DNA of 64,000 nucleotides from Candidatus Latescibacterota bacterium (GCA_965215195.1 CBDCDC010000002.1:320001-384000); one strand, 5' to 3'; shown: positions 49,119-59,063, numbered from the stretch's first letter. Notes: generated by a model not told the origin, from the letters alone. Numbers and translations: made by a program.

Positions 49119-49328
49119 TTATCCGCGCTTCAGTTCGGCCGGATGCATGCTGAGGTATTCTCGGACCTCCAACTGCATTCGGTCGATCTCGGCGAGAAAT
49201 CCCGATACCGAGCCCCGGTAATTTTCAGGATGGGTTTCCATATTGTGCAGATGGGCTATTTGACGTTGGAAATGCGCGATTCGTCCAAGGGTGACGTCGA
49301 GTTCGCGATCGTTTGCAATCATGATCAT
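49119..49328 (-). CDS. Small helical hypothetical protein (antitoxin-like)
   Basis: MIANDRELDVTLGRI...FLAEIDRMQLEVREYL; translationally coupled to a 26-codon mini-ORF at 49325-49405. Confidence 0.6.
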   Translation of the reverse strand: MIMIANDRELDVTLGRIAHFQRQIAHLHNMETHPENYRGSVSGFLAEIDRMQLEVREYLSMHPAELKRG

Positions 49329-49401
49329 CCCACCGTGATTTCGACGATGCCACGTTCAGTGCCATCGCGTTTGAGCTTGTCGGCTTTGAGTATTGACTTT
49401 T

Positions 49402-52400
49402 TCATGGTCTGCTCTTCGCTCCGTAGTGCCCTTCGTCTTCCCGAATTTCCATCGGCTGCTTGAGCGTGTCAACGCTCAGATAGTAGTGGGCGACCTTGGT
49501 GACCTCGTGCCACGGGAAACGGGCTGGGTCTTTAATCGGCTCTTGAAGCTCCGGGGTGCTGGCGCAGTTGGTCACCACGTAGAGCCAGTAACAGTCGCGG
49601 CGATCTTCGGCGATGCGGCGCTCGTTGGGCGTCAGCAGAATGCTGCCGGAAGCGGCGGCGAGACCTTTTATCTCGATCAGACGCAACTCGCCGGACTCTA
49701 AATCGCGGCTAGTTATATCGTACCCAAGATTCTTCTCGTGAACATCATCGACTTGACGACCTTGGGCGGTCTCGTACTCCATGACCACCTGCATCGCCGT
49801 CATCTCGGTTTCGGGATGTGGACGCAGGTGCCGGACATCGAGGGTGTCGCGTTCGGGATGGGGCAGGATTAAGACGCTGGCGAGCCGCTCGACTCCCTGC
49901 AAGGTCAGCGCCCGCTGCCGCTCGAACTCAGTGCGCCGACGGTCGCGGCGCGCCATCACCTCGGCATGGCGGACTTCGGCCTGCGCCAAGCGGCCCTCGG
50001 CACCAGTTGCGTTGTTATCCCTCTCCTCGGCGGCGCGACCAATCTCCTCATCGGCCCGCTGTATAACCTCCGTCAAGGACAGTTCGACGTGTTTGGCAAT
50101 GCGCTCGACTTCGGCCAGACGCTCGGCGCGAACCTCGTTGATAAAAGGCACCAAGGCGTTTTCGTTGAGCCACGCAGTCGCTTCTGGGAGAGCGGCTACC
50201 GGAGGCAGATCGCCTGGAGCGGTGGCGGGGCTGAGATTGCCAAGGACATCCGGCTCGCGGAGACAGAAAGAGCCATCATCCGTCAATTCCACTGTGAACA
50301 ACCGTTCGTGAATCACCTGCCCGAGGCCATCTACGACCCGCGCCCGGTAGAAGTCGAGACGCGCCGGTACTGTGTGCGCTAGGGAATGGAAACAGGCCCC
50401 CTTGGCAAAGGCATCTTGGCCGAGATGGAGGCTATGCCGGCGCAGGGCCTCGAATAGGGGATGCCCGGGAGTCACCCATTCGAGGTTGTGCTCCTCGGCT
50501 GTGTTGCGGTCCGTTGATAGCCGCGGATAGCGCATCGCCAGTTCCGGGAGTTTCCAGTCTGGATCGCGCTCGTATTCCTTCAACTTGGACGGCGTCCGCC
50601 CCGGCTCGAACGTATGCGCCAAGTGGCCCATCGGCTTCAGAGTTAGGGCCGCATGTTGGGCGCACTCCGCCATGAACCGCGCAATAGTCTCGGGCACGAC
50701 GCGCCGCTCTTGGGCCTTGGCTCGGTGCTCGACGAGCATGTCGAGGTTGAGCTTCTTGGAGGCCAAACCTTCCAGTGCCGTCTGGCAGATGGACCGGAAG
50801 TGGCCTTCATCCACGTCCTGCAAAAGCCGCTCTTCGAGGTCAGTGTGCCCCAACTTTCCCGCGTAGTAGTCCCGCAGCACGCGCTCCACGTGGGCGGACG
50901 GCAAGACTTCGCCGACTACGTTGAACACTGCGTCGTCGTCGAGGGCGTCGCGGATCTCTTGGAGCTTGTCCAACAACCGCTGGAGCACCCGCCCCTCAAT
51001 GGTGTTGGTGGCGACGAAGTTGAAGATCAGGCAATCGCGCCGCTGGCCGTAGCGGTGGATGCGGCCCATGCGCTGCTCGAGCCGGTTCGGGTTCCAGGGG
51101 ATGTCGTAGTTGAAGAGGATGTGGCAGCACTGAAGGTTGATGCCTTCGCCGGCTGCTTCGGTGGCCACCAAGACTTGGATGGCACCTTTGCGAAACTGCT
51201 GTTCGGTGTGGAGACGGCTGCCCGGTTCGTCGCGTGAGCCGGGCTTCATGCCGCCGTGGATGCAGCCGACGCGGAAGCCCCAGGCTTGCAAGCGTTCCAT
51301 CAGGTGGTCGAGAGTGTCCTTGAACTCGGTGAAAAGGAGCAGTCGCTGATCGGGCCGGTCGAAGAACCCCTCCTCCTGCATTATGTTGCGAAGATGTGCG
51401 AGTTTTGCCTCGCGGCCCGCGTCTTCGACGACCTTGGCCTTTTCAGCGAGCTGGAGCAGTTCGCCGATCTCTGCGCGGATCTGGTCGGCGTTGCCCGCCA
51501 GTGTGATGGCCTCCAGCAGCTCCTCCAAGTGCTCGCGCTCGGCGTCTTCCAATTCCTCCAGCTCTTCGAGGTCGGGAAGGTCCGGCGGTGCGGTCCGCAC
51601 TAGCTCCTCGGCGCGCTTGAGGCCATCCTTTAGACGCCGGGCGCGGTTTTCGAGGGACCGCCGCATGGCGTAGGTGCTGGAGGCGAGGCGTCGTTGGTAC
51701 AGCGACATCAGAAAACCGACCGCCCGAGCACGCGGGTCGTCGCCCTGTGCCGCAGCGCGTGCGCTCTGCCGTTTCACAAACCGCGTGACCTTTTGATAAA
51801 GCTCGAACTCAGCGCCCTGAATAGCGAAATCCGCGGTGCGCGGGATGCGCTTGGTAAAGACCGGCTTTGCAGTCCACGTTCCGTCCGTCTGGCGCTCCGG
51901 GAAGTACACCATCGCCTCCTTGGTGCGCCGCAGGTAAAAAGGCGCTCGCCTTCGTTCCATAGCTTCGCGGATCGATTTCACGTCCGCGTAGGCATCGCGG
52001 TCGAGCAATTGCAGAAACAGGGTGAAGTTCTGCGGGTCGCCCTTGTGGGGCGTGGCGGTCAGTAGCAGCACGTGATCGGCGCTGTCGCGCAGCAATTCTC
52101 CGAGCCGGTAGCGCTGGCTCTTGTGGGTCTCGTCGCGCGCCGACATGCGGTGCGCCTCATCGACAATCACCAGATCCCAATGCACCTGTTGCAATCCGGG
52201 CAAGATCTCGGTGCGCTTGGCGAGGTCGAGCGAGGTAATGATCTGCTTTTGCTCCAGCCACTGGTTGACCCCGAACTGATCGCGGATGTCGCCGCCCTTC
52301 ATCACTAGGAACTTATCGTCGAACTTTTCCTTGAGTTCGCGCTGCCACTGGAACGTCAGGTTCGCGGGGCAGACGACGAGCACCCGTTCGATGAGACCCC

Positions 52401-52842
52401 GGAGCTTGAGTTCGCGGGTTAAGAGACCGGCCATGATGGTCTTGCCCGCCCCCGCATCGTCGGCGAGCAAGAAGCGCACGCGGGGTAGCTTGAGGAGGTG
52501 CTCGTACACCGCTTCGAGTTGGTGCGGCAGTGGATCAACGCGCGAAATGGAAAGCCCGAAATAGGGATCGAACTCGTAGGCGATGCCGAGCGCATAAGCT
52601 TGGAGGCCGATCCGCAAAAGCCGCCCATCGCCGTCGTAGGAAAGAGCGGCGTCGGCGATAGTCAGGTTGGAAATGTCAGCGGAAGTGAGCGCGACCTGAC
52701 GGAACTGCTCCGACCGTTGGCCGACGAGGCCCGCTTCCACGTAATCAGTAGCATTTGCACGCACGGTCACCACGCGCATCGGCTCGCTGAACAGCGGGCC
52801 GGTCAGAACCTGTCCTTCGCGGATGGCGGATTCAGCTACCAC
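49402..52842 (-). CDS. SNF2-family helicase with C-terminal DUF3883 (PD-(D/E)xK-like) domain
   Basis: LADDAGAGKT, VDEAHRM, LTATPH, GEGINLQ, EQRMGRIHRYGQ; GYDITS...IEIKG. Confidence 0.93.
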   Translation of the reverse strand: MVAESAIREGQVLTGPLFSEPMRVVTVRANATDYVEAGLVGQRSEQFRQVALTSADISNLTIADAALSYDGDGRLLRIGLQAYALGIAYEFDPYFGLSISRVDPLPHQLEAVYEHLLKLPRVRFLLADDAGAGKTIMAGLLTRELKLRGLIERVLVVCPANLTFQWQRELKEKFDDKFLVMKGGDIRDQFGVNQWLEQKQIITSLDLAKRTEILPGLQQVHWDLVIVDEAHRMSARDETHKSQRYRLGELLRDSADHVLLLTATPHKGDPQNFTLFLQLLDRDAYADVKSIREAMERRRAPFYLRRTKEAMVYFPERQTDGTWTAKPVFTKRIPRTADFAIQGAEFELYQKVTRFVKRQSARAAAQGDDPRARAVGFLMSLYQRRLASSTYAMRRSLENRARRLKDGLKRAEELVRTAPPDLPDLEELEELEDAEREHLEELLEAITLAGNADQIRAEIGELLQLAEKAKVVEDAGREAKLAHLRNIMQEEGFFDRPDQRLLLFTEFKDTLDHLMERLQAWGFRVGCIHGGMKPGSRDEPGSRLHTEQQFRKGAIQVLVATEAAGEGINLQCCHILFNYDIPWNPNRLEQRMGRIHRYGQRRDCLIFNFVATNTIEGRVLQRLLDKLQEIRDALDDDAVFNVVGEVLPSAHVERVLRDYYAGKLGHTDLEERLLQDVDEGHFRSICQTALEGLASKKLNLDMLVEHRAKAQERRVVPETIARFMAECAQHAALTLKPMGHLAHTFEPGRTPSKLKEYERDPDWKLPELAMRYPRLSTDRNTAEEHNLEWVTPGHPLFEALRRHSLHLGQDAFAKGACFHSLAHTVPARLDFYRARVVDGLGQVIHERLFTVELTDDGSFCLREPDVLGNLSPATAPGDLPPVAALPEATAWLNENALVPFINEVRAERLAEVERIAKHVELSLTEVIQRADEEIGRAAEERDNNATGAEGRLAQAEVRHAEVMARRDRRRTEFERQRALTLQGVERLASVLILPHPERDTLDVRHLRPHPETEMTAMQVVMEYETAQGRQVDDVHEKNLGYDITSRDLESGELRLIEIKGLAAASGSILLTPNERRIAEDRRDCYWLYVVTNCASTPELQEPIKDPARFPWHEVTKVAHYYLSVDTLKQPMEIREDEGHYGAKSRP

Positions 52843-52843
52843 T

Positions 52844-53953
52844 TCACCACGCAAAAAGCTCGCCCACCTCCATCGTCAGCGCTCGGCCCGGCCCGCCGTC
52901 CTCGCGCACCACGAGCTGCCCGTCGGCATATCCGACAGCGGCGACGCCGGAAAAGTCGGCGGGAATCTGCATGAGAAAGTTGGCGTAGGTGAAAACTTGG
53001 GTCTCGTCGGCGTCGATATAGTGAAAGAGCGTGCGGCCAAAAATCCGCCCCTTTTCCAACAACACCGGGCTAGGTTGGTGCAGGCCCGTAGTGCCAAACT
53101 CCAAGCCGCGGGCAAAGGGCTTGCCGTCGCGCACGTGCCGCCAAGCGTCGAACCAAGGGTAGTCAGCCACTGGCCAGATGTAGCCAATCAACAGCCCCTT
53201 GCCGGCGTTGATAGCCGTGGTCCAGCCGTATTCTTCCTCGATTATGTACGACACGACCGCTGGGGCGGCGTCATCCGTCAAATGGCGAATATCCACCTCG
53301 GTGCCGTCCTTTTTGAGTGCTGAGGGCCAGCGCACCTCTGGATCCTCGGGCGTTGGCATGGGCGTTTCCTGCATAAAGCCGCGCGTGCCGTTGGCATCAA
53401 CGCGGGTGCTCTCGTCCAAAAAGGGCGGCCCAATGGTCGGGTGCTGGACGATGTTGTACACGCGGCCCAAATGGCGGGTATTGGTGACGGCCTCGGTGAC
53501 CGCAAAGACGGCCTGGTCCTGATCCATGCGAATCGAGCGCACGACCTCGAGGCCGGCCAAGGGCAGTGCGGCCGACATTTGGGCCACGAGGTAGCCGTCC
53601 TCTGCGCGTGCGTCCTCATCCAAGTTCCACCACACGCGCGTGGCCTCGCCGTGCCAGCCCATGCCGTGGGCCTGCTCGGCTTTGGTGGCCGGTCCCCAGC
53701 GGTCGAGGCAGAGGAAGTGCCCCATGGAGCGCGGCTCTATGGGCGGTGCTTGGTCCGGGGTGTCGCCGAAGGACCAAGAGTCCCATTGCAGGGGGTTGAG
53801 CGGGTTGCTTTTGAGGTGGAAATCGGCCATGGAGCCGCCGCCTAAATCGACGACGAGCACGGCTGCTTGGCTGTCGAGCACGAGGCGGGGGCGGTCTTGG
53901 GCCGCGCTGTGCGAGGCCGTCCAGAGGAAGGCGGCGAGGAGGGTCCATTTCAT
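52844..53953 (-). CDS. Secreted hypothetical protein, galactose-mutarotase-like fold suspected
   Basis: AGGAG RBS, signal peptide, GHFLCLDRWG, HGEA, QHPTIGPPFLD, ARGLEFGT. Confidence 0.65.
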   Translation of the reverse strand: MKWTLLAAFLWTASHSAAQDRPRLVLDSQAAVLVVDLGGGSMADFHLKSNPLNPLQWDSWSFGDTPDQAPPIEPRSMGHFLCLDRWGPATKAEQAHGMGWHGEATRVWWNLDEDARAEDGYLVAQMSAALPLAGLEVVRSIRMDQDQAVFAVTEAVTNTRHLGRVYNIVQHPTIGPPFLDESTRVDANGTRGFMQETPMPTPEDPEVRWPSALKKDGTEVDIRHLTDDAAPAVVSYIIEEEYGWTTAINAGKGLLIGYIWPVADYPWFDAWRHVRDGKPFARGLEFGTTGLHQPSPVLLEKGRIFGRTLFHYIDADETQVFTYANFLMQIPADFSGVAAVGYADGQLVVREDGGPGRALTMEVGELFAW

Positions 53954-54038
53954 TATAGGTACTCCTTCTGTGAAGTGAGGGGATGGCAAAAGAGACGCAA
54001 CAACGTACTAGAAATTGACAGCAGACAAAAGACAGCGG

Positions 54039-56111
54039 ATGTTGTTTCTGATGAGCGTTTTTCTGATCGTCCCCATCCTCGCCCTAAGCGGCTGCCAAGA
54101 ACCGACTGGCCGCTCAGACGCGTTTCTCCAATCGTACTACCGCGGCTTGGACTTGCTGGAGCGCTATCGGCTCCGGGCGGCCGAGCGCGCCTTTGCGCAT
54201 TGCGTCCGGCTGGAACCCGAGGCGGCCGAGGGCTACTGGCAGCTAGGGAGGGTGCGGCTCGTGCAGGGGCGGATAGAAGAGGGCGTGGGGTTGCTGGAAC
54301 AGGCCACAGCGCTAGATCCTGAATTGACGGCGGCGCGGTCTTTGGTGTTGGAGACGTTTTTGGGGCGGGGAAAAGAAGCGCTCGAAGAGGGGCACTTCGC
54401 GCAGGCGGAACGGTATTTGCAGCGGGCACTGGCCGTTGATCCCCAAGGCTATGAGTCGCTCTACTGGGCGGCGATTGCCGCGCTGTGGCAGGAGGACTAC
54501 GCCCGCGCCGATTCGATCTTGCAGCAGGCCGTGGCGCTGCATCCCGAGCCGCTGGAGCTGCGCTGGCACCGGAAGTGGTTGCAGCAGGCCTTGGGCCGGC
54601 CGGCGACCGGGGCATTTGCCGACGCTGTGCCACAGGGGCCCATCAGCGGGCGATTTAGCGAGATCGGGGCCGAGGCCGGGGTCGATAAATTCGACGGCGG
54701 CCGCGCCAGCGCTTGGGCCGACTACGACGAGGACGGCGACCTCGACTTGGTCGTCATTGGCCATCCAGCGTTGGCGTACTTCCGCAACGACGGAGCGCGT
54801 TTTGCCGAGCGGACCCAGGCCGCCGGGCTGGTGTTGCCCGAGGGCGGGATCGGGGTGCAGACGGCCGACTACGACAACGACGGAGACGCCGACTTGTACG
54901 CGACGCGCAATGGCTGGTTTGGCGGCGGCGTGAACCTGCTCTTCCAAAACGACGGCCGGGGCGTCTTCGCCGATGTGACCCAAGCATCGGGCACCGGCGA
55001 TCCCGGGTCGAGCTTTTGCGCCGCGTGGAGCGACTTTGACCGCGACGGCAACCTCGACCTATACGTGGCCAACGGCACGGGCGCGACCGGCGACTCGACC
55101 AATGTGCTCTATCGCAACCACGGCGACGGCACCTTTGTAGATGTGGCGGCAACGGCCGGGGTGGCGCACAAGGGGCAGACCCTGAGCGCGGCGTGGGGCG
55201 ACTTTGACGGCGACGGCTGGCCCGATCTGTACGCATGCAATTTCACCGAGCCGAATGTGCTTTTTCGCAATCGGGGCGACGGTGCGTTTGCCGATCAGAC
55301 GGCGGCGGCCGGCGTAGGTGCCGAGCACATCGACGGCTTTATAACGTTTGTCCTAGACTACGACAACGACGGTGCGCTGGACATTTTCGTGGGCAACTGG
55401 AGCCAGTACGCGGTGGTGCTGGCCGATCGAGTCGCTGGAAAATCGACGAGCGTGCGCGACCGACCAGTGCTTTTCCGCAACCAAGGCGACGGCACTTTCG
55501 TCGATGTGACGGAAACAGCCGGGCTAGGGCGGGCGCTGGGCACGATGAGCGGCGTTCCCGGCGATGTGGATAACGACGGCTGGGTGGACCTGTACCTCGG
55601 CAACGGCGGGCCGCAGATGGGCCGGCGCGAGCCGGATGTGCTTTTCCGCAATCAGGGCGACGGGACCTTTGCCGACGCGACCGCAGCGGCCGGACTCGGG
55701 CATTTGGGCAAATCGCACGGCGTGACCTTTGCCGACTACGATGGCGACGGCGACCTCGACCTGTACGCGCCCGTGGGCGGTGCCCAGCCGGGCGACCAGT
55801 GGCCCAACGCACTCTACCGCAGCGAGGGCTTTGGCAATCACTACTTGGTGCTGGAATTGGAAGGAGTCGAGAGCAATCGCGACGGAATCGGCGCCAAAGT
55901 GCGGGTGCAGGCCGGCGATTTGGCGCAGTACCAAGAAGTGGCTTCTGGATACAGCTTCGGCAACAGCAATAGCCTAGCGTTGGAATTTGGCTTGGGGCAA
56001 CGGGTGCGGGCCGACCGCATTGAGGTGGCGTGGCCCAGTGGGCAGGTCGATGTGTATCGGGATATTGAAGCCGATCAGTACTTGGTGCTCAGAGAAGGGG
56101 AGACGCGGTGA
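54039..56111 (+). CDS. TPR + CRTAC1/FG-GAP + ASPIC/UnbV lipoprotein
   Basis: LSGC lipobox, N-terminal TPRs, DYDNDG repeats, SNRDGIGAKV...FGLG...WPSG. Confidence 0.9.
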   Translation: MLFLMSVFLIVPILALSGCQEPTGRSDAFLQSYYRGLDLLERYRLRAAERAFAHCVRLEPEAAEGYWQLGRVRLVQGRIEEGVGLLEQATALDPELTAARSLVLETFLGRGKEALEEGHFAQAERYLQRALAVDPQGYESLYWAAIAALWQEDYARADSILQQAVALHPEPLELRWHRKWLQQALGRPATGAFADAVPQGPISGRFSEIGAEAGVDKFDGGRASAWADYDEDGDLDLVVIGHPALAYFRNDGARFAERTQAAGLVLPEGGIGVQTADYDNDGDADLYATRNGWFGGGVNLLFQNDGRGVFADVTQASGTGDPGSSFCAAWSDFDRDGNLDLYVANGTGATGDSTNVLYRNHGDGTFVDVAATAGVAHKGQTLSAAWGDFDGDGWPDLYACNFTEPNVLFRNRGDGAFADQTAAAGVGAEHIDGFITFVLDYDNDGALDIFVGNWSQYAVVLADRVAGKSTSVRDRPVLFRNQGDGTFVDVTETAGLGRALGTMSGVPGDVDNDGWVDLYLGNGGPQMGRREPDVLFRNQGDGTFADATAAAGLGHLGKSHGVTFADYDGDGDLDLYAPVGGAQPGDQWPNALYRSEGFGNHYLVLELEGVESNRDGIGAKVRVQAGDLAQYQEVASGYSFGNSNSLALEFGLGQRVRADRIEVAWPSGQVDVYRDIEADQYLVLREGETR

Positions 56112-57496
56112 AGGGGTTGACCGCCATGGCGCTGTTGTGGGCTGGGTGCGCGGCCGCGCCAGACGCTCTGACCCAGTACCGCCAAGCGCAGGAACTAGTT
56201 GACGGCCGGCCGCTGCGGACCTTGAGCCAGGCCGAATTGGCGCAGGCCGAACGCCTAGCAGCGCAGGCGCGGGCACTCGATCCTGAGCTGCACGAGGCGA
56301 CCTTTGCCTTGGCCGCGCTCTACGTGGTGCGCGGTGCGTACGAAGACGCGACCGCGCTCTACCGCAGCTTGGTGGAGGCGCGCCCGGACGACGGGCGGGC
56401 CTATGCCGAACTGGGGCTTAGCCTCGCCGCCCAAGGACGCTATAGCGGCGCACTGCGCGCCTATCAGGACGCCGTGCGCCGGGGCGAGCAGTCGGCCCTG
56501 ATTTACGCGCGGCTGGGCCACGCCTATCAGGCGCTCGGGCACTTGCGCGAAAATCTCCACGCAGCGCAGGCGGCCTATGGCGCATCCCTACAGCTTGCGC
56601 CCGAACAGGCCGAGGTGCGCTACCAATTGGCGCGGGTAGAAGTGCGGTTGGGGCGGGACGAGGAGGCGCAAACGCTAATGCAGCAGGCGCTCGCGGCCGC
56701 GCCCGCAGACGCTGGCATCCGCGCTGACCTCGCCGCGCTCTACACAGAGGCGGGGCAACGGGAGCTAGCCCGCGCCGCGCTCGTCGAGGGTTTGGCCGAC
56801 CGCGACCGGGGCGGCGCGGAAGCGGTCTTGCACTACGAGCTGGGGCGGCTGCTGTGGGAGGACGGGGATGGTGCCGGGGCACTGGCGCAGTTTGAACGGG
56901 TGCGCGCGGCCGACCCCGACCTGCACCCGGTCTATCGCTATCTTGGTTTGATCCACAGCGCAGAGGGGCGGCTGGACTCGGCACTCGCCGCGTTTGTCGA
57001 GCTAGCCGACCGACAGCCCGGCCATGCGGCCGCCCAAGTGAGTATCGGCATTGTCCACAGCCGCATGGGCGCACTCGCCAAGGCAGAAGAGGCTTTCAAA
57101 ACGGCGATCGCCTTGGGCGGCGCGGAAGGGGACGCGGCCTTGAAGTTGGGTGGTTTGTACGTGCATCAGCGGCGGCTGCGCGCGGCCGTGCAGGTGTTCA
57201 AAGAAGCCACGGCCGCGCATCCGCACCACGCCGAGCTTTTCGCGTCCCTAGGCGACGCCTATCGCCAGTTGGGCTTGCTCGGCGCGGCCGTGCAGGCCGG
57301 CGAGGAGGCCGTGCGGCTCGAACCCGAGCGGGCGCTGTGGCGCTTCCACCTCGCCTCGACCTACGAAAAAGTAGACCCGGACCAAGCGCGAGCCGAGTGG
57401 CATGCGTACGCATCTTTGGCAGAAGACGACGGGCGCGAGGCCCAGCGGCTGGCTCGCGCCCGGGCGCGTTTGCAAACCTTGCAACAGGAGAAATGA
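56108..57496 (+). CDS. TPR lipoprotein
   Basis: WAGC lipobox-like motif, tandem TPR consensus. Confidence 0.85.
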   Translation: MKGLTAMALLWAGCAAAPDALTQYRQAQELVDGRPLRTLSQAELAQAERLAAQARALDPELHEATFALAALYVVRGAYEDATALYRSLVEARPDDGRAYAELGLSLAAQGRYSGALRAYQDAVRRGEQSALIYARLGHAYQALGHLRENLHAAQAAYGASLQLAPEQAEVRYQLARVEVRLGRDEEAQTLMQQALAAAPADAGIRADLAALYTEAGQRELARAALVEGLADRDRGGAEAVLHYELGRLLWEDGDGAGALAQFERVRAADPDLHPVYRYLGLIHSAEGRLDSALAAFVELADRQPGHAAAQVSIGIVHSRMGALAKAEEAFKTAIALGGAEGDAALKLGGLYVHQRRLRAAVQVFKEATAAHPHHAELFASLGDAYRQLGLLGAAVQAGEEAVRLEPERALWRFHLASTYEKVDPDQARAEWHAYASLAEDDGREAQRLARARARLQTLQQEK

Positions 57497-58350
57497 TGAT
57501 CGACCTAGTGGCTTTTGACCTCGACGGCACAGTGCTCGACGCAGAGGGGCGGCTGGCGGCTTCGGCTGTGGCGGCCATCGAAGAACTGATCGGGCGCGGC
57601 ATCCCCACCGCCAGCATCAGCGGGCGCAGCATCCGCCGCGGCCAATACCCTTTTGCGGCCTACCCCGCACTGGCGCGGGCACTCTACATGAGTGGCTACA
57701 ATGGCTCGGTAGTGCTCGGGCCGGGCGCGGGCGCGGAGCGCGAGGTGCTGCGCGAGGAGCGGTTGGACGAGGCCTCTTTTGCCCAGATAGTCGAATACGG
57801 GCGCGCAGAGGGGCTAAACCTGATCTACTGTCTGTTTGAACGCACGGCCGCCGGGGTCGCCGAGGAATATCGGTACGTCCGCCCCATGGAGTACCTCGAA
57901 TCGTTCGCAGAGCCGGGCCTGGTGCGCGACGTCGATTTGTACGCACGCTGCCAAAGCGGCGAACTGGGCACACCGCCCAAGCTCATGCTGGAAGTAGAAC
58001 CCGAGCGGCGAGAACAGCACATCGCCGATATTGCGGCCCTGTGCAAAGATCGGATCTATGTGGCTTGGGCGCATCCCGGTATGGTGGAATTTATGCGCCG
58101 GGGAGTGAATAAGGGCGTGGCCCTGCGGACGCTAACCGAGCAGGTAGGTGGGTGTGCGGAGCGCGTCTTGGCGGTAGGGGATGCGAACAACGACTTGCCC
58201 ATGTTGCGAGCGGCCGGGATCGGGGTGTTGCTGGGGAATGCAAAGGCGGAGGTACAAGCGGCCGTGGCCGGGGATGGGGTGCGGATTGGACCGAGTTTTG
58301 CGGAGGATGGATTTGCCACAGTGGTGCGGGAATACGCGCTAAAAGGATAG
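57493..58350 (+). CDS. Cof-type HAD hydrolase
   Basis: FDLDGTVL, SGR, NGS, NKG, GDANNDLPML. Confidence 0.92.
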   Translation: MMIDLVAFDLDGTVLDAEGRLAASAVAAIEELIGRGIPTASISGRSIRRGQYPFAAYPALARALYMSGYNGSVVLGPGAGAEREVLREERLDEASFAQIVEYGRAEGLNLIYCLFERTAAGVAEEYRYVRPMEYLESFAEPGLVRDVDLYARCQSGELGTPPKLMLEVEPERREQHIADIAALCKDRIYVAWAHPGMVEFMRRGVNKGVALRTLTEQVGGCAERVLAVGDANNDLPMLRAAGIGVLLGNAKAEVQAAVAGDGVRIGPSFAEDGFATVVREYALKG

Positions 58351-58358
58351 GAGCAGAA

Positions 58359-59063
58359 ATGACGCAGGTGTTTTGCGGGGTCGCGCTGTGTATTGCTGTT
58401 GCGGCCTCGGCTTTGGCTCAAAGGCAAGCTGTGGCCGACTCCCTCAAGGGCGGGGAGATGGTAAAAGTCGCCGGGGAAAATCGCGGGTTTTACATAGACA
58501 AGTACGAGGTGACCAACGAGGAGTACGCAGCGTTTCTGACCGCGAAGGGAAACGCCAAGGTGGAGGGCATGTACTGGGTGGAGCTGGGGGGCCGATACAC
58601 GGCACTGGTGGTGGAGGACGGCGCGTACAAGGTCAAAGAAGGGTTTGCCCGGCATCCGGTCATTGAGGTGTCGTGGTACGGGGCACTGGCCTATTGCCAA
58701 TGGGCGGGCAAGCGCCTGCCCACGCAGGAGGAATGGCAATTCGCCTGCGCGGGAGCTGAAGGGCTAAAGTACCCGTGGGGAGCGGACTTTGCGAAGGGAC
58801 GCGCCAATATATTCGGGGACGAGGATGGCTATGGGCGAACTGCGCCCGTAGGCTCTTTCCCCAGTGGCGCCAGCCCCTTTGGACTCTTGGATATGGGCGG
58901 CAATGTGTGGGAGTGGACGCAAGGAGGCGAGAAAATGCAGTTCCTGCGCGGGGGCTCGTGGATCAACGGCCCCACCTTGACCCAGTGCAACAAGCGGACC
59001 AACACCAAGGATTCGCATTCGTACATCAAGGGCAACACCATAGGCTTCCGCTGCGCCCGCTAG
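58359..59063 (+). CDS. FGE-sulfatase (SUMF1) family protein
   Basis: IDKYEVTN, RLPTQEEW, YPWG, DMGGNVWEW, RGGSW, GFRC. Confidence 0.9.
   Translation: MTQVFCGVALCIAVAASALAQRQAVADSLKGGEMVKVAGENRGFYIDKYEVTNEEYAAFLTAKGNAKVEGMYWVELGGRYTALVVEDGAYKVKEGFARHPVIEVSWYGALAYCQWAGKRLPTQEEWQFACAGAEGLKYPWGADFAKGRANIFGDEDGYGRTAPVGSFPSGASPFGLLDMGGNVWEWTQGGEKMQFLRGGSWINGPTLTQCNKRTNTKDSHSYIKGNTIGFRCAR

Noticed and set aside
35836-53091. Prophage/ICE with attL/attR direct repeats
   Set aside because: No integrase, phage or conjugation genes inside; the repeats are long, diverged gene ends and both flanks are duplicated.
11306-59063. FGE-sulfatase (CLec-fold) genes as diversity-generating retroelement targets
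   Set aside because: No reverse transcriptase and no adenine-variant template repeat seen in the window.
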